From positions 44,743-108,742 of IMG/VR virus record IMGVR_UViG_3300010356_000998: a stretch of 64,000 nucleotides of DNA; one strand, given 5' to 3'. The position numbers and the translations under genes were made by a program. The stretch is from a virus. Lineage: Duplodnaviria; Caudoviricetes. Positions 8,748-16,807 of the stretch are shown here, piece by piece. The first letter of the stretch is position 1; the number at the start of each line of letters is the position of its first letter. Under the pieces are notes generated by a model. That model did not search any database. It saw nothing but the letters and a program-made list of their open reading frames with translations, and was not told the DNA's origin.

Positions 8748-10595
8748 TTAAAATAAAGTAGGTTTTTTATCAAATAATGATAATTCTTCTTTTACATTTT
8801 TTATATAAAAATTGTAATTAATATCATAATTTAAAGCATTAGTATCTGTGATAGTATTCAATAGTGTTTGATACCATGCTTTACCTTTGATAGATGGGGC
8901 ATTTAGATATTCACTTCTACCATCGTTATATAACTTTTTAAATACACTACCTTTATTAGAGATAATATATCTAATTGTTTTATGTAATGGTTTTTTATTT
9001 GCGTTCTTATCATATTCGTATAATTCAGCTCCTTGTCTTACTCTAATACCAAAACAAAAATCGAATATATTACTATGTTCTTTAATTGTTTTTTCTATTG
9101 GAGTGTTATATAAAAACCAGTTATAAACAGCTATTCTTTCAATTAATGATGATTTATTTTTATGTAAAGGAATATTTTCTATTTCATAAGCACCTTTACA
9201 TTTAGTTTTACCATTTGTATAAACTGCGATATAGTTATTTACATCTCTAATCATCATTTTTGAATAGTATGCATATTCTAATTGAAGTTTTGTAATAGAT
9301 TCCCATTCTTTACAAATATCATAATACATAGATTCATACTCTTTTTTTAATTTAAGAGTTAAACCATCTGTATTTATTTGAATAAGTGTACTATCTGGAA
9401 TATTCATTAACTTTTCAGCTAACATTGTAAGCATAAGTTGACCATTTATAGTAGTTGTATAAGTATATTTAGGATCATACAACCAACTAGTAGATTCATT
9501 ACTTTTACCGTACACACTATTAGCAGCTTCTTTTAGTCCAGCAATAATAGCTTTATCCCCATCTGGTTTAGCTTTTTCAGCTAATCTTACAGCAACAATA
9601 TCATTATTATAAATAGTAGCAAAATCTTCTCCTAAATGTTCAGGATATAGTTTATTTACTACCGCAATACTTGGATATAGACTTGCTACATCAGCATCTA
9701 TTATAATATAATCATCTTCTGCAGATATAATGATATTTTTTAAACTACCGTGAATACCACCCAATCCATAATCAAATTGAAAATGTTTATAAATAGCGGA
9801 TTTTGAAATAGAACTTTCAGAATTAATATTTAAATTTTTAAAATATTCTAATAATTCATTAAATTCTTTTGATTCAAATTTAATGTAATCAAATATAATG
9901 TCTGATAATTTAATATTACTTCTATAAGTTCTTAAATCTCTTACATTCCATTTATTTAATCCACATTTGTTAGAATATAATTCTAACATTAAATCACTTC
10001 CTATTTTTGAATTACTAGCATTTAAAAAATTTAATTTATATTTTTCTGTCAAGTTAATTCTTAACTCTATTTCTTTTTTATTTTTATTAAATAAACTTTC
10101 AGTAGAATTAACGTCATTAATACAATATTGTATTATTTTATCAGCTTCTTCTCTATTACTAATTGGTTTGAAAAAAGGCATGTCTTCTATGTTAGGCCAA
10201 TCTATCATATACTGACACCATTTTAAACCAACTCTTCTGTTTTTATTATCTAAATGTAATATTTTATAAATGTCAAGATTAAAAATATGAAAATCTTTTA
10301 CTTTATAAGGTTTCCTATCTTGTTCTATTAAATATGTTTGAACAAAATTAAATATTTCTTCAGCTGATTTTTCAATACTCCAAATGTATTCTATAACTTG
10401 AGCATCAAAATCTAAATTATTAAATCCTCGCAATGCTTTTACTTCATTACGTAAAAATGCCCATAGAGGCTCATAATCGTCTCTGTAAGGCGATATCTCA
10501 AACACTCTGTAATCTTCTTCGTCTTTTGCTTTAAATACAGCACAAAAGAAATTAGGTAGTGTTTCGAGGTCATACGTCCAAACTTTTTTAATCAT
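8748..10595 (-). CDS. family B DNA polymerase
   Basis: Exonuclease motifs YDLET and FNNLDFD; polymerase motifs DVASLYPS, KEAANSVYG, NTDG. Confidence 0.92.
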   Translation of the reverse strand: MIKKVWTYDLETLPNFFCAVFKAKDEEDYRVFEISPYRDDYEPLWAFLRNEVKALRGFNNLDFDAQVIEYIWSIEKSAEEIFNFVQTYLIEQDRKPYKVKDFHIFNLDIYKILHLDNKNRRVGLKWCQYMIDWPNIEDMPFFKPISNREEADKIIQYCINDVNSTESLFNKNKKEIELRINLTEKYKLNFLNASNSKIGSDLMLELYSNKCGLNKWNVRDLRTYRSNIKLSDIIFDYIKFESKEFNELLEYFKNLNINSESSISKSAIYKHFQFDYGLGGIHGSLKNIIISAEDDYIIIDADVASLYPSIAVVNKLYPEHLGEDFATIYNNDIVAVRLAEKAKPDGDKAIIAGLKEAANSVYGKSNESTSWLYDPKYTYTTTINGQLMLTMLAEKLMNIPDSTLIQINTDGLTLKLKKEYESMYYDICKEWESITKLQLEYAYYSKMMIRDVNNYIAVYTNGKTKCKGAYEIENIPLHKNKSSLIERIAVYNWFLYNTPIEKTIKEHSNIFDFCFGIRVRQGAELYEYDKNANKKPLHKTIRYIISNKGSVFKKLYNDGRSEYLNAPSIKGKAWYQTLLNTITDTNALNYDINYNFYIKNVKEELSLFDKKPTLF

Positions 10596-11118
10596 TTAAT
10601 AATTCAATGACTTTATGTTTGATCGCACAATTTTTCCAAGCTTTATAAGTTAACCAATCAGGAGTTTCTAATCTTCTTAAATAAAGTTGAACAGCCAGTC
10701 TTAATTCAGCATGTTCAAAGTTATTTAATAAATCAAATTTTTCTTTTAACTTATTAATTTTGGTTTGAAGTTTTCGTTCTTCAGATTTTAAATGCCAATT
10801 AATAGCATCACGATAATTACTAGTAGTGTATGCTTTTATACCATCAGTATGATAATTAGGTGGGTCTTCAATAGGTTTTTCTACATAATCTACAGGATCG
10901 GTAGATCCAACGACTTGTTCATAAGGAACTCTAAATACACCTCTAATTCTCATACCGTCTTCTGTCAAACACTCATAAATTTCTCCAGCATATTCTTCTC
11001 CATTAACAACTTTTTTTTCTATATGTCCTTTCCAACCTCTTAATCCGAGGTATTTCATTTTCTTAACATATTTAGGCTGTCCTTTTTGACTAGCCCATCT
11101 AGAATACAGTAAATCCAT
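10588..11118 (-). CDS. hypothetical protein
   Basis: 176 aa ORF coupled to both neighbours. Confidence 0.65.
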   Translation of the reverse strand: MDLLYSRWASQKGQPKYVKKMKYLGLRGWKGHIEKKVVNGEEYAGEIYECLTEDGMRIRGVFRVPYEQVVGSTDPVDYVEKPIEDPPNYHTDGIKAYTTSNYRDAINWHLKSEERKLQTKINKLKEKFDLLNNFEHAELRLAVQLYLRRLETPDWLTYKAWKNCAIKHKVIELLND

Positions 11119-11717
11119 TAAGTTTTAATCATTTCATATTGATCGATAAAAGTTTGAATTTGATTGTTATTTTTAGCTCGTTTAATTTGAAATTTTAATA
11201 AATCTTCTTTTGTAATAACATTATCTTTATTCAAATCTAAAGCAGCTAAATATTTATTAGTTACTCTACTTAAAATAGTTTTATTGTATCTACTTGGTGC
11301 AAAATGTAATATATGTAAATCTATACTATTTTTAACAGCTGCTAGATATCTTTTATTACAATTTCTTAAATATTTTTCGTAATATAATAGTTGTTCAGAT
11401 AATGTTAAACTATCTAGTTTAGGAATGTTAAGTGCTTGTCTAGTAGCTTCAGTAAGTTGAAACACACCTATTTGACTAGATGCTGTATTTATTCCTTTAC
11501 CATACGCATTCGGTTTTAAATTACTTTCTGCGTAATGTACTATCATACTAGCAATTGCAAACTCGTAAGGATCTATTGTTAATACATCCTGCATTCTTTT
11601 TCCTACTTCTACATAACAATTGAATATACTATTTTCTTCAATTGTAATTTCAGATACTGTTCCAGTTTCTTTTCTTGGAAGAAAAATCATGATTAGAATT
11701 AAAAGTATATGTTTCAT
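11118..11717 (-). CDS. putative lytic transglycosylase (lysozyme-like) with N-terminal hydrophobic anchor
   Basis: AESNLKPNA (catalytic Glu) and GVFQL motifs; C-terminal LDLNKDNVITKED EF-hand-like loop. Confidence 0.65.
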   Translation of the reverse strand: MKHILLILIMIFLPRKETGTVSEITIEENSIFNCYVEVGKRMQDVLTIDPYEFAIASMIVHYAESNLKPNAYGKGINTASSQIGVFQLTEATRQALNIPKLDSLTLSEQLLYYEKYLRNCNKRYLAAVKNSIDLHILHFAPSRYNKTILSRVTNKYLAALDLNKDNVITKEDLLKFQIKRAKNNNQIQTFIDQYEMIKT

Positions 11718-11748
11718 AATAATTATAAATCAATCCATAAAAGGTAAA

Positions 11749-11788
11749 GAAAAAAGGTTTAGACGGGGAATAACCCTATCTAAACCTT
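11749..11788 (-). terminator. intrinsic terminator
   Basis: AAGGTTTAGA/TCTAAACCTT hairpin followed by a T-run on the minus strand. Confidence 0.65.
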
Positions 11789-11793
11789 AATAT

Positions 11794-12255
11794 TTATTTC
11801 TTTTTAGACTGTGTTTTATTCATGATCCAATTTGCAATTTCTTGCAAGTTTGGAATCAATGATTCATTTTTACCTTGAGTAATTTGCTGATCTCCAATAT
11901 GCTCACGAAGAGCATTGGCACCAGCAAAGAAACAGGCGAAAGCTGCGTTGATGTTAGCTCTTGCGAGTCTATTGAGATCAGGTGTGTCTGAAGTAGCTGC
12001 CAGTGCTACTTTTCGACCGAAATTAGTCAATCGAAGTGGTTCTCCATTTTTTAGTTCAAGATAACCGGCTTCTGTCAGATCATTCAAAGCGTTTTCCAAC
12101 AATTCTGAGTGATCTTTTGCACCTTCTCCAAAAATAATGTCATCGCAAAACTTACTTTCTGCTACTTCTTTTTCTTTCGGTTCTTGTGAAAGAAAGAAAG
12201 AAATGAGTAATGCGGTTGAAAACAGGTTTCTTTTTTTTTTAAATGTTTCTGTCAT
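11794..12255 (-). CDS. hypothetical protein, possible winged helix
   Basis: ALNDLTEAGYLE...LRLTNFGRKVA wHTH-like pattern. Confidence 0.55.
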   Translation of the reverse strand: MTETFKKKRNLFSTALLISFFLSQEPKEKEVAESKFCDDIIFGEGAKDHSELLENALNDLTEAGYLELKNGEPLRLTNFGRKVALAATSDTPDLNRLARANINAAFACFFAGANALREHIGDQQITQGKNESLIPNLQEIANWIMNKTQSKKK

Positions 12256-12339
12256 GTTAAGAAATTTAAGTAATAAATAAGAAGCTGGGTTTTGTTTTTG
12301 TTAGTAGCGATACAAAACCAGCAATGAAAAAACGCTAGG

Positions 12340-12425
12340 TACTCCGAGCGAGACTCGAACTCGCAAGAAGCTTACGCCTCCAAGGGATTTTAAGTCCCTC
12401 GTGTATACCATTCCACCACCGGAGC
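12340..12425 (-). tRNA. tRNA-Leu(UAA)
   Basis: Cloverleaf; anticodon arm AGGGA CTTAAAA TCCCT; long variable arm; TTCGAGT T-loop. Confidence 0.92.
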
Positions 12426-12490
12426 GAAAAATGTCAGATTAAAACCTATAATTAGGAAACTTCTTCTGACAAAAGTTTTATTTTTTGTAA

Positions 12491-13015
12491 TTAGTTTACA
12501 TTAAAAGCATCCGCTTCTTCTTCCACTTTTGCTGGAGTAAACGCATCTGCAGCTACAGATCCGTTATGAGTGATAAAAGTGTGCCGTGCTTCAGAAGCAG
12601 GCGTCAAAGAAACTTCACGGTAAATTGGAGACCCGTCTTTCAAAAGAACCTCATTAGTTTGAGGATTGATTTTTGGAGTTGGGTTTTTGCGAGCTGGATT
12701 TGGCGTCAAAGATTCGGTAACCTGCAATTGAAACTCAATCCCAGCTTCAGCTTCAATATTTTCAATTGTGGGCCATTCAGCTTGCGGTTTGTTGCTATAA
12801 TCAGCGTCCGTTGTTCCGAAATATTTCATTGCCTGTTCTTCGCTAAAAGAAACTACAGCGACTGCTTTTGTTTCACCCGTGATGCCTTGCGTAATTGAAA
12901 GAAGCGGATTGCTTGAACCTTTGAAAGTTTGTTGCAGCATCACATTTACTTGGTTTTTGTCAGAATTAGCGTTTGGCCAAATGCGACGTACCTGAACTTT
13001 AGAGAATGGTTTCAT
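12491..13015 (-). CDS. putative single-stranded DNA-binding protein (crAss-like)
   Basis: PKINPQTNEVL..DGSPIYR motif and acidic C-terminal tail. Confidence 0.55.
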   Translation of the reverse strand: MKPFSKVQVRRIWPNANSDKNQVNVMLQQTFKGSSNPLLSITQGITGETKAVAVVSFSEEQAMKYFGTTDADYSNKPQAEWPTIENIEAEAGIEFQLQVTESLTPNPARKNPTPKINPQTNEVLLKDGSPIYREVSLTPASEARHTFITHNGSVAADAFTPAKVEEEADAFNVN

Positions 13016-13058
13016 GTGTGAAAAAGTTGAAATTGTTAAGAGTTATATGGACTGTATT

Positions 13059-13436
13059 CTATTCAGAATCTACAAATCCATATTTTTTGAGTTTTTTTGA
13101 ATTTTCATAGGCGAATTCGACAATAGTTTTATTGTCTTCATAGCCTATTACCCGGAACTTTTCTTGTTTCGGTTTAACAGTTATTCGTTTCTCTTTTTTA
13201 GAAAGAGATTTAATAAACTCTTTTTGATACTCAGCTTTAACATCTTCAGAAATATTTTCTTCTGATATTTTACTGATCAGCATTTGCTGTTTCATCAATT
13301 GAGCTGAATTTTCTTGATACTGTTGTTTAGCGATAGCATCATCATGGTTGTTTAAAAATTTACCATTAAATACTTTCCCAACAGGTTTCAGAAAATTATT
13401 TACTATAAATTTATTATCTTTTCTATATATAATCAT
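13059..13436 (-). CDS. hypothetical protein
   Basis: Start moved to ATG 13436 because the track's upstream extension lies inside tRNA-Tyr. Confidence 0.6.
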   Translation of the reverse strand: MIIYRKDNKFIVNNFLKPVGKVFNGKFLNNHDDAIAKQQYQENSAQLMKQQMLISKISEENISEDVKAEYQKEFIKSLSKKEKRITVKPKQEKFRVIGYEDNKTIVEFAYENSKKLKKYGFVDSE

Positions 13437-13450
13437 AAAATATAATTTAG

Positions 13451-13534
13451 TGCCGGTTGATGGATTCGAACCACCCGAACGATTAAGTACCTGAGTTACA
13501 GTCAGACCCGCGACCATTTACGGAATAAACCGGC
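13451..13534 (-). tRNA. tRNA-Tyr(GUA)
   Basis: GCCGGTT/AACCGGC acceptor stem, CTGTAAC anticodon loop, long variable arm. Confidence 0.88.
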
Positions 13535-13585
13535 ATTAAAATCTTACAGTTTTTACAACTATAAGAATTATTAATTTTGATTAAA

Positions 13586-14155
13586 CTATTTATAAATTCC
13601 TTGTGATAGTACAGTAGGGATGTATGTTACGTACATTTTACAAAATTGAGGATATAATTCTAATAATCCTTTTAATGCTTTTTCAGCATCATATTTTGTT
13701 TCATATACGCCATAATGAGTGATCCAGTTACCATCTTGTAATTGACTTACTAAAAAATCTTTTGGTCTATTTTTAGCTGGAGTTTTTAAATATTCAAATC
13801 TAACAGTCCAACAATTACCATAAGACATTTTTCTAACTTTAGTACCAGTTTCAATAGTATCTACAGATAAAATTTGAATAATGTTGTAACAACCGTCAAG
13901 AATTGCATTAATACGCACTTCTTTAGTTTTTTCTACAATATCATCTTGATTTTCATAATAATGTAATACACCTGTATATTTAGGGTGTTTTGTACTACAA
14001 ATATCTGGTTTGTAGTTTTTAGGAGTTGTGATAGATACGGAATACATTGCTGGACTAGGATTTGAACTAGTTTCAACAATAGGTGGACAATATACTTGAC
14101 TGTAAATATGTACAGTCTGAAGTATTGAAATAAGAATAAAAATAATCTTTTTCAT
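13586..14155 (-). CDS. secreted hypothetical protein, SPOR-like C-terminus
   Basis: Signal peptide MKKIIFILISILQ; GVYETKYDAEKALKGL pattern. Confidence 0.5.
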   Translation of the reverse strand: MKKIIFILISILQTVHIYSQVYCPPIVETSSNPSPAMYSVSITTPKNYKPDICSTKHPKYTGVLHYYENQDDIVEKTKEVRINAILDGCYNIIQILSVDTIETGTKVRKMSYGNCWTVRFEYLKTPAKNRPKDFLVSQLQDGNWITHYGVYETKYDAEKALKGLLELYPQFCKMYVTYIPTVLSQGIYK

Positions 14156-14169
14156 TGTTTAATTTTTAG

Positions 14170-14242
14170 TGATCCCGACAGGGGTCGAACCTGTAGCCTA
14201 CAGATTAGAAATCTGTTGCACTATCCTTTGTGCTACGGGACC
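14170..14242 (-). tRNA. tRNA-Arg(UCU)
   Basis: Cloverleaf; anticodon arm ACAGA TTTCTAA TCTGT. Confidence 0.92.
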
Positions 14243-14249
14243 AGGTTAT

Positions 14250-14399
14250 TTAATGTTTACAACTACCGTCACAATCTGCAACAACTTTACATCGTTTTAC
14301 ACAATGCCAAGTTATTTTTAACAATGGTTTACAAATACATGGAAATTGATGTCCATTAATTGTAACCCAACCAGTATCGTCACAAAGTTTACATTTCAT
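14250..14399 (-). CDS. small Cys-rich putative zinc-binding protein (49 aa, not in ORF track)
   Basis: MKCKLCDDTGW...FPCIC...HCVKRC...DCDGSCKH fills the gap between two tRNAs. Confidence 0.6.
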   Translation of the reverse strand: MKCKLCDDTGWVTINGHQFPCICKPLLKITWHCVKRCKVVADCDGSCKH

Positions 14400-14414
14400 A
14401 TAAATTTATTTTAG

Positions 14415-14487
14415 TGGGCCCAGCAGGACTTGAACCTACAACCCTCAAATTATGAGTTTGGCGCTCTACCGATTGAGCTATGGGCCC
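14415..14487 (-). tRNA. tRNA-CAU, probably Ile2 (lysidine-modified)
   Basis: GGGCCCA/TGGGCCC acceptor stem, CTCATAA loop; body resembles bacterial Ile2 more than Met. Confidence 0.8.
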
Positions 14488-14530
14488 GGTGTTTTAATAC
14501 ACACTTTTAATTGTAATATAATATTTTTGA

Positions 14531-14628
14531 TGACACTAGCAGGAATTTAACCTACCACAACCGCAGAAGAACTAGTATTACGTTGGTTCGCCCACATACA
14601 AATGTAGTGTTCAGGAACATGTAGTGTC
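14531..14628 (-). ncRNA. tRNA-like RNA (acceptor stem and T-arm, non-canonical body)
   Basis: GACACTA/TAGTGTC stem plus discriminator A; GTAGG TTAAATT CCTGC T-arm; no normal D or anticodon arm. Confidence 0.55.
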
Positions 14629-14634
14629 GAGTTT

Positions 14635-14904
14635 TTAATTATAGATAGATTGTAATAATCTACCTAAAATGTGTTTGTTTTTTGGATTCCATCCGTTGAT
14701 TACTCTCATGGTGGAATCAACATATAAATTCGATAATCCACGATGTATTACATGTGGCTTACTTGAATTCATAATGTTATCTATTTGTTGAGTATTTAAT
14801 TCAGGTATTTCAAATTGTACATCAGCAAATGATTTATAAGCCTGTGTACAATCTTCATAATCTGAAATAAATAATTGCGGATGCTGTTCTGGTGATATTA
14901 TCAT
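14635..14904 (-). CDS. hypothetical protein
   Basis: 89 aa ORF with ATGA overlap to the upstream gene. Confidence 0.55.
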   Translation of the reverse strand: MIISPEQHPQLFISDYEDCTQAYKSFADVQFEIPELNTQQIDNIMNSSKPHVIHRGLSNLYVDSTMRVINGWNPKNKHILGRLLQSIYN

Positions 14905-15323
14905 GATGTTACATATTTAACAGCGTTAATGTAATCGTTTTTTAAAGGACTACCTGCATAATATTTCTTAATTCTTTTTATTACTTCTGCAGGATATTCT
15001 CCATGTATACCACTACCATTACATATCCATACTTTTCCTTTATAACCGTAAATGGTTCTTTCTTTATAACCCAAATGTCTAGATACTTTAATTTTGGGTA
15101 CATATACAATTTGGTTATAATTATAAATAATAAGACTAACTAAAACTATAAATACTGGAAAAGCAATTAATGTTTTGAAAAATTCTACTTCTATTGGATA
15201 AGTTTTCTTTTCCGAATTTAATAAAGAAATTGCTGACTCTAAATCTAATGCTAAATTATAATTTAAATAATTGTTAATTAAATTTAGCATAATTAAAATC
15301 ATTAAAAGAATTAAAAGTTCCAT
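14901..15323 (-). CDS. membrane hypothetical protein
   Basis: Two hydrophobic segments; start moved to ATG 15323 because the upstream extension lies in a structured RNA. Confidence 0.55.
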   Translation of the reverse strand: MELLILLMILIMLNLINNYLNYNLALDLESAISLLNSEKKTYPIEVEFFKTLIAFPVFIVLVSLIIYNYNQIVYVPKIKVSRHLGYKERTIYGYKGKVWICNGSGIHGEYPAEVIKRIKKYYAGSPLKNDYINAVKYVTS

Positions 15324-15348
15324 AATTAAATATTTAAGAATGATAAAA

Positions 15349-15477
15349 ATCAAAGAAGAAAAATGATAAAACTGTCTTTGTTGCATACGGGGCTCGAACC
15401 CGTAATTCAAAATCCGAAATTTTTGCGATCAACCAATTGATCTAATGCGAAGTAAGTTTTATCTAACTATCTTTGAT
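15349..15477 (-). ncRNA. Y RNA-like (YrlA-type architecture): long terminal helix capped by a tRNA-like domain
   Basis: ATCAAAGA/TCTTTGAT and GATAAAACT/AGTTTTATC helices enclose a D-arm (GATC/GATC), an anticodon-like arm and a T-arm (ACGGG TTCGAGC CCCGT); lies near the TROVE gene. Confidence 0.7.
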
Positions 15478-15554
15478 TGGTGGCGGGTACGGGACTTGAA
15501 CCCGTGATCTCCAGGTTATGAGCCTGGCGAGATACCAACTTCTACCAACCCGCT
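15478..15554 (-). tRNA. tRNA-Met(CAU), initiator-like, CCA encoded
   Basis: A1:C72 mismatch, CTCATAA loop, ACCA 3' end. Confidence 0.85.
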
Positions 15555-15569
15555 ATTTGTTTCTTCAAA

Positions 15570-15749
15570 TCACTTAATAAGTATGATTATCGCTAATACC
15601 ATCAAACTTGATACGACAGCAACCGTTGAAGTTATCCGTTCATATTTAGGGTGTGGTGTATCTTCAAGATACCTGTAAGTTAGGTTAAGTGCAGTTGCAG
15701 TAAAGGCAACTCCGAACAAAAACATCTCTATACAAAGTATCCAATTCAT
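15570..15749 (-). CDS. small membrane protein (two TM segments)
   Basis: Two hydrophobic helices; start moved to ATG 15749. Confidence 0.5.
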   Translation of the reverse strand: MNWILCIEMFLFGVAFTATALNLTYRYLEDTPHPKYERITSTVAVVSSLMVLAIIILIK

Positions 15750-15980
15750 TTCAAAAAGGGAGTCTTGATCCCTATGCACCCGCATTAGAGGAGTTCACTC
15801 GCTGGTTAATTCCAGATGTGCATCTTAACTCCATCTATCAACAGTTTTACGGTCAAGACTCTTTTTTTACCTGGTCGCCTTTCGACTTAGAGGACTTTGC
15901 CCAGAGTTTTATGGTGAGGTGTCTTTCGACAAGGATGCCATCGTTTTAGCAACCCAACTCCCAGGGACTATAACCATCGG

Positions 15981-16104
15981 TGGGGGAGGCTAGAATCGAA
16001 CTAGCGACAGTCAGCTTTGCAGGCTGATACTCTACCGATGAAACTCTTAAATAACTACCTTTCGGAGAAAATTTAAAGAGTTGTTGTAACTGAGTTACTC
16101 CCCC
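15981..16104 (-). tRNA. tRNA with GCA (Cys) anticodon and a 51-nt D-loop insertion
   Basis: GGGGGAG/CTCCCCC acceptor, ACTC/GAGT D-stem, TCAGC CTGCAAA GCTGA anticodon arm, GCTAG TTCGATT CTAGC T-arm; insert at 16037-16087. Confidence 0.8.
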
Positions 16105-16186
16105 ATTAGTTTTAAAACACTATCCCTGCATACGCACATCCGGGATCAGACGTAGACCAACGCCGTATGTTATAGTGTTTTGTATT

Positions 16187-16540
16187 TTAGGCTACTTGAA
16201 AAGTATTTTGTTTCTTAGCACCTCTTGTGCGTCTTCGATAATTGTGATTCATCTTGAGAATATCACACAATTCTCGACACTTGGTAACAAAGAAATCATT
16301 TCGATCTCTTATGGGTAATCCCTCACTGTCAAATTTCCATTGTGGATCAACCATAGCTTTACCGGCCGCTTTTGTACGACCTGTTTTGCGACAAAATTGA
16401 TCTGCTCCATGACAATAAGACATACCAATTCGAAGTTCGTCGTTAACGAAGATGCCGGCAAATGATGCACGGCTTTTGTACAAACGTTTTTTTCCGCGCT
16501 GTTCGGGCGGATTAACGTGAAAAAACATTAGCTTTTCCAT
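16187..16540 (-). CDS. hypothetical phage protein
   Basis: GMSYCHGADQFCRKTGR motif; start moved out of tRNA-Trp. Confidence 0.6.
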   Translation of the reverse strand: MEKLMFFHVNPPEQRGKKRLYKSRASFAGIFVNDELRIGMSYCHGADQFCRKTGRTKAAGKAMVDPQWKFDSEGLPIRDRNDFFVTKCRELCDILKMNHNYRRRTRGAKKQNTFQVA

Positions 16541-16570
16541 AAATTTGTTTTTAAGTGAAAAAATATTTAG

Positions 16571-16643
16571 CGAATGCGGCAGGATTCGAACCTGCAACCT
16601 TTGGTTTTGGAGACCAATACTCTACCAATTGAGCTACGCAAAC
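16571..16643 (-). tRNA. tRNA-Trp(CCA)
   Basis: TTGGT CTCCAAA ACCAA anticodon arm, G73; two U-U mismatches in the acceptor stem. Confidence 0.82.
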
Positions 16644-16732
16644 GTTTTATTTAAGATAGCCGCCCAGGACAAGTAAACTGAATTACGATCGGTGTTCCTG
16701 CTTCCTTCAGCTATACGGCTAACTTAAATTTG

Positions 16733-16807
16733 ACCTGCTAGAGAGGGCTTGAACTCCTCAACTACTTACTTATAAGGCATATACTTTACCAGTTGAACTA
16801 TATCCGC
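16733..16807 (-). pseudogene. degenerate tRNA-like sequence (UAU loop)
   Basis: GCGGATA TAGTTCAACTGGTA...CTTATAA...GTTCAAG pattern with broken stems. Confidence 0.45.

Noticed and set aside
15870-15965. c-di-GMP-I riboswitch, because of GGCAAA and GAAA loops
   Set aside because: The order and spacing of conserved elements do not match
16651-16727. SRP (4.5S) RNA, because of GAAGGAAGCAG
   Set aside because: The CAGG strand and GNRA-capped helix 8 geometry are missing; kept only as an unknown structured RNA
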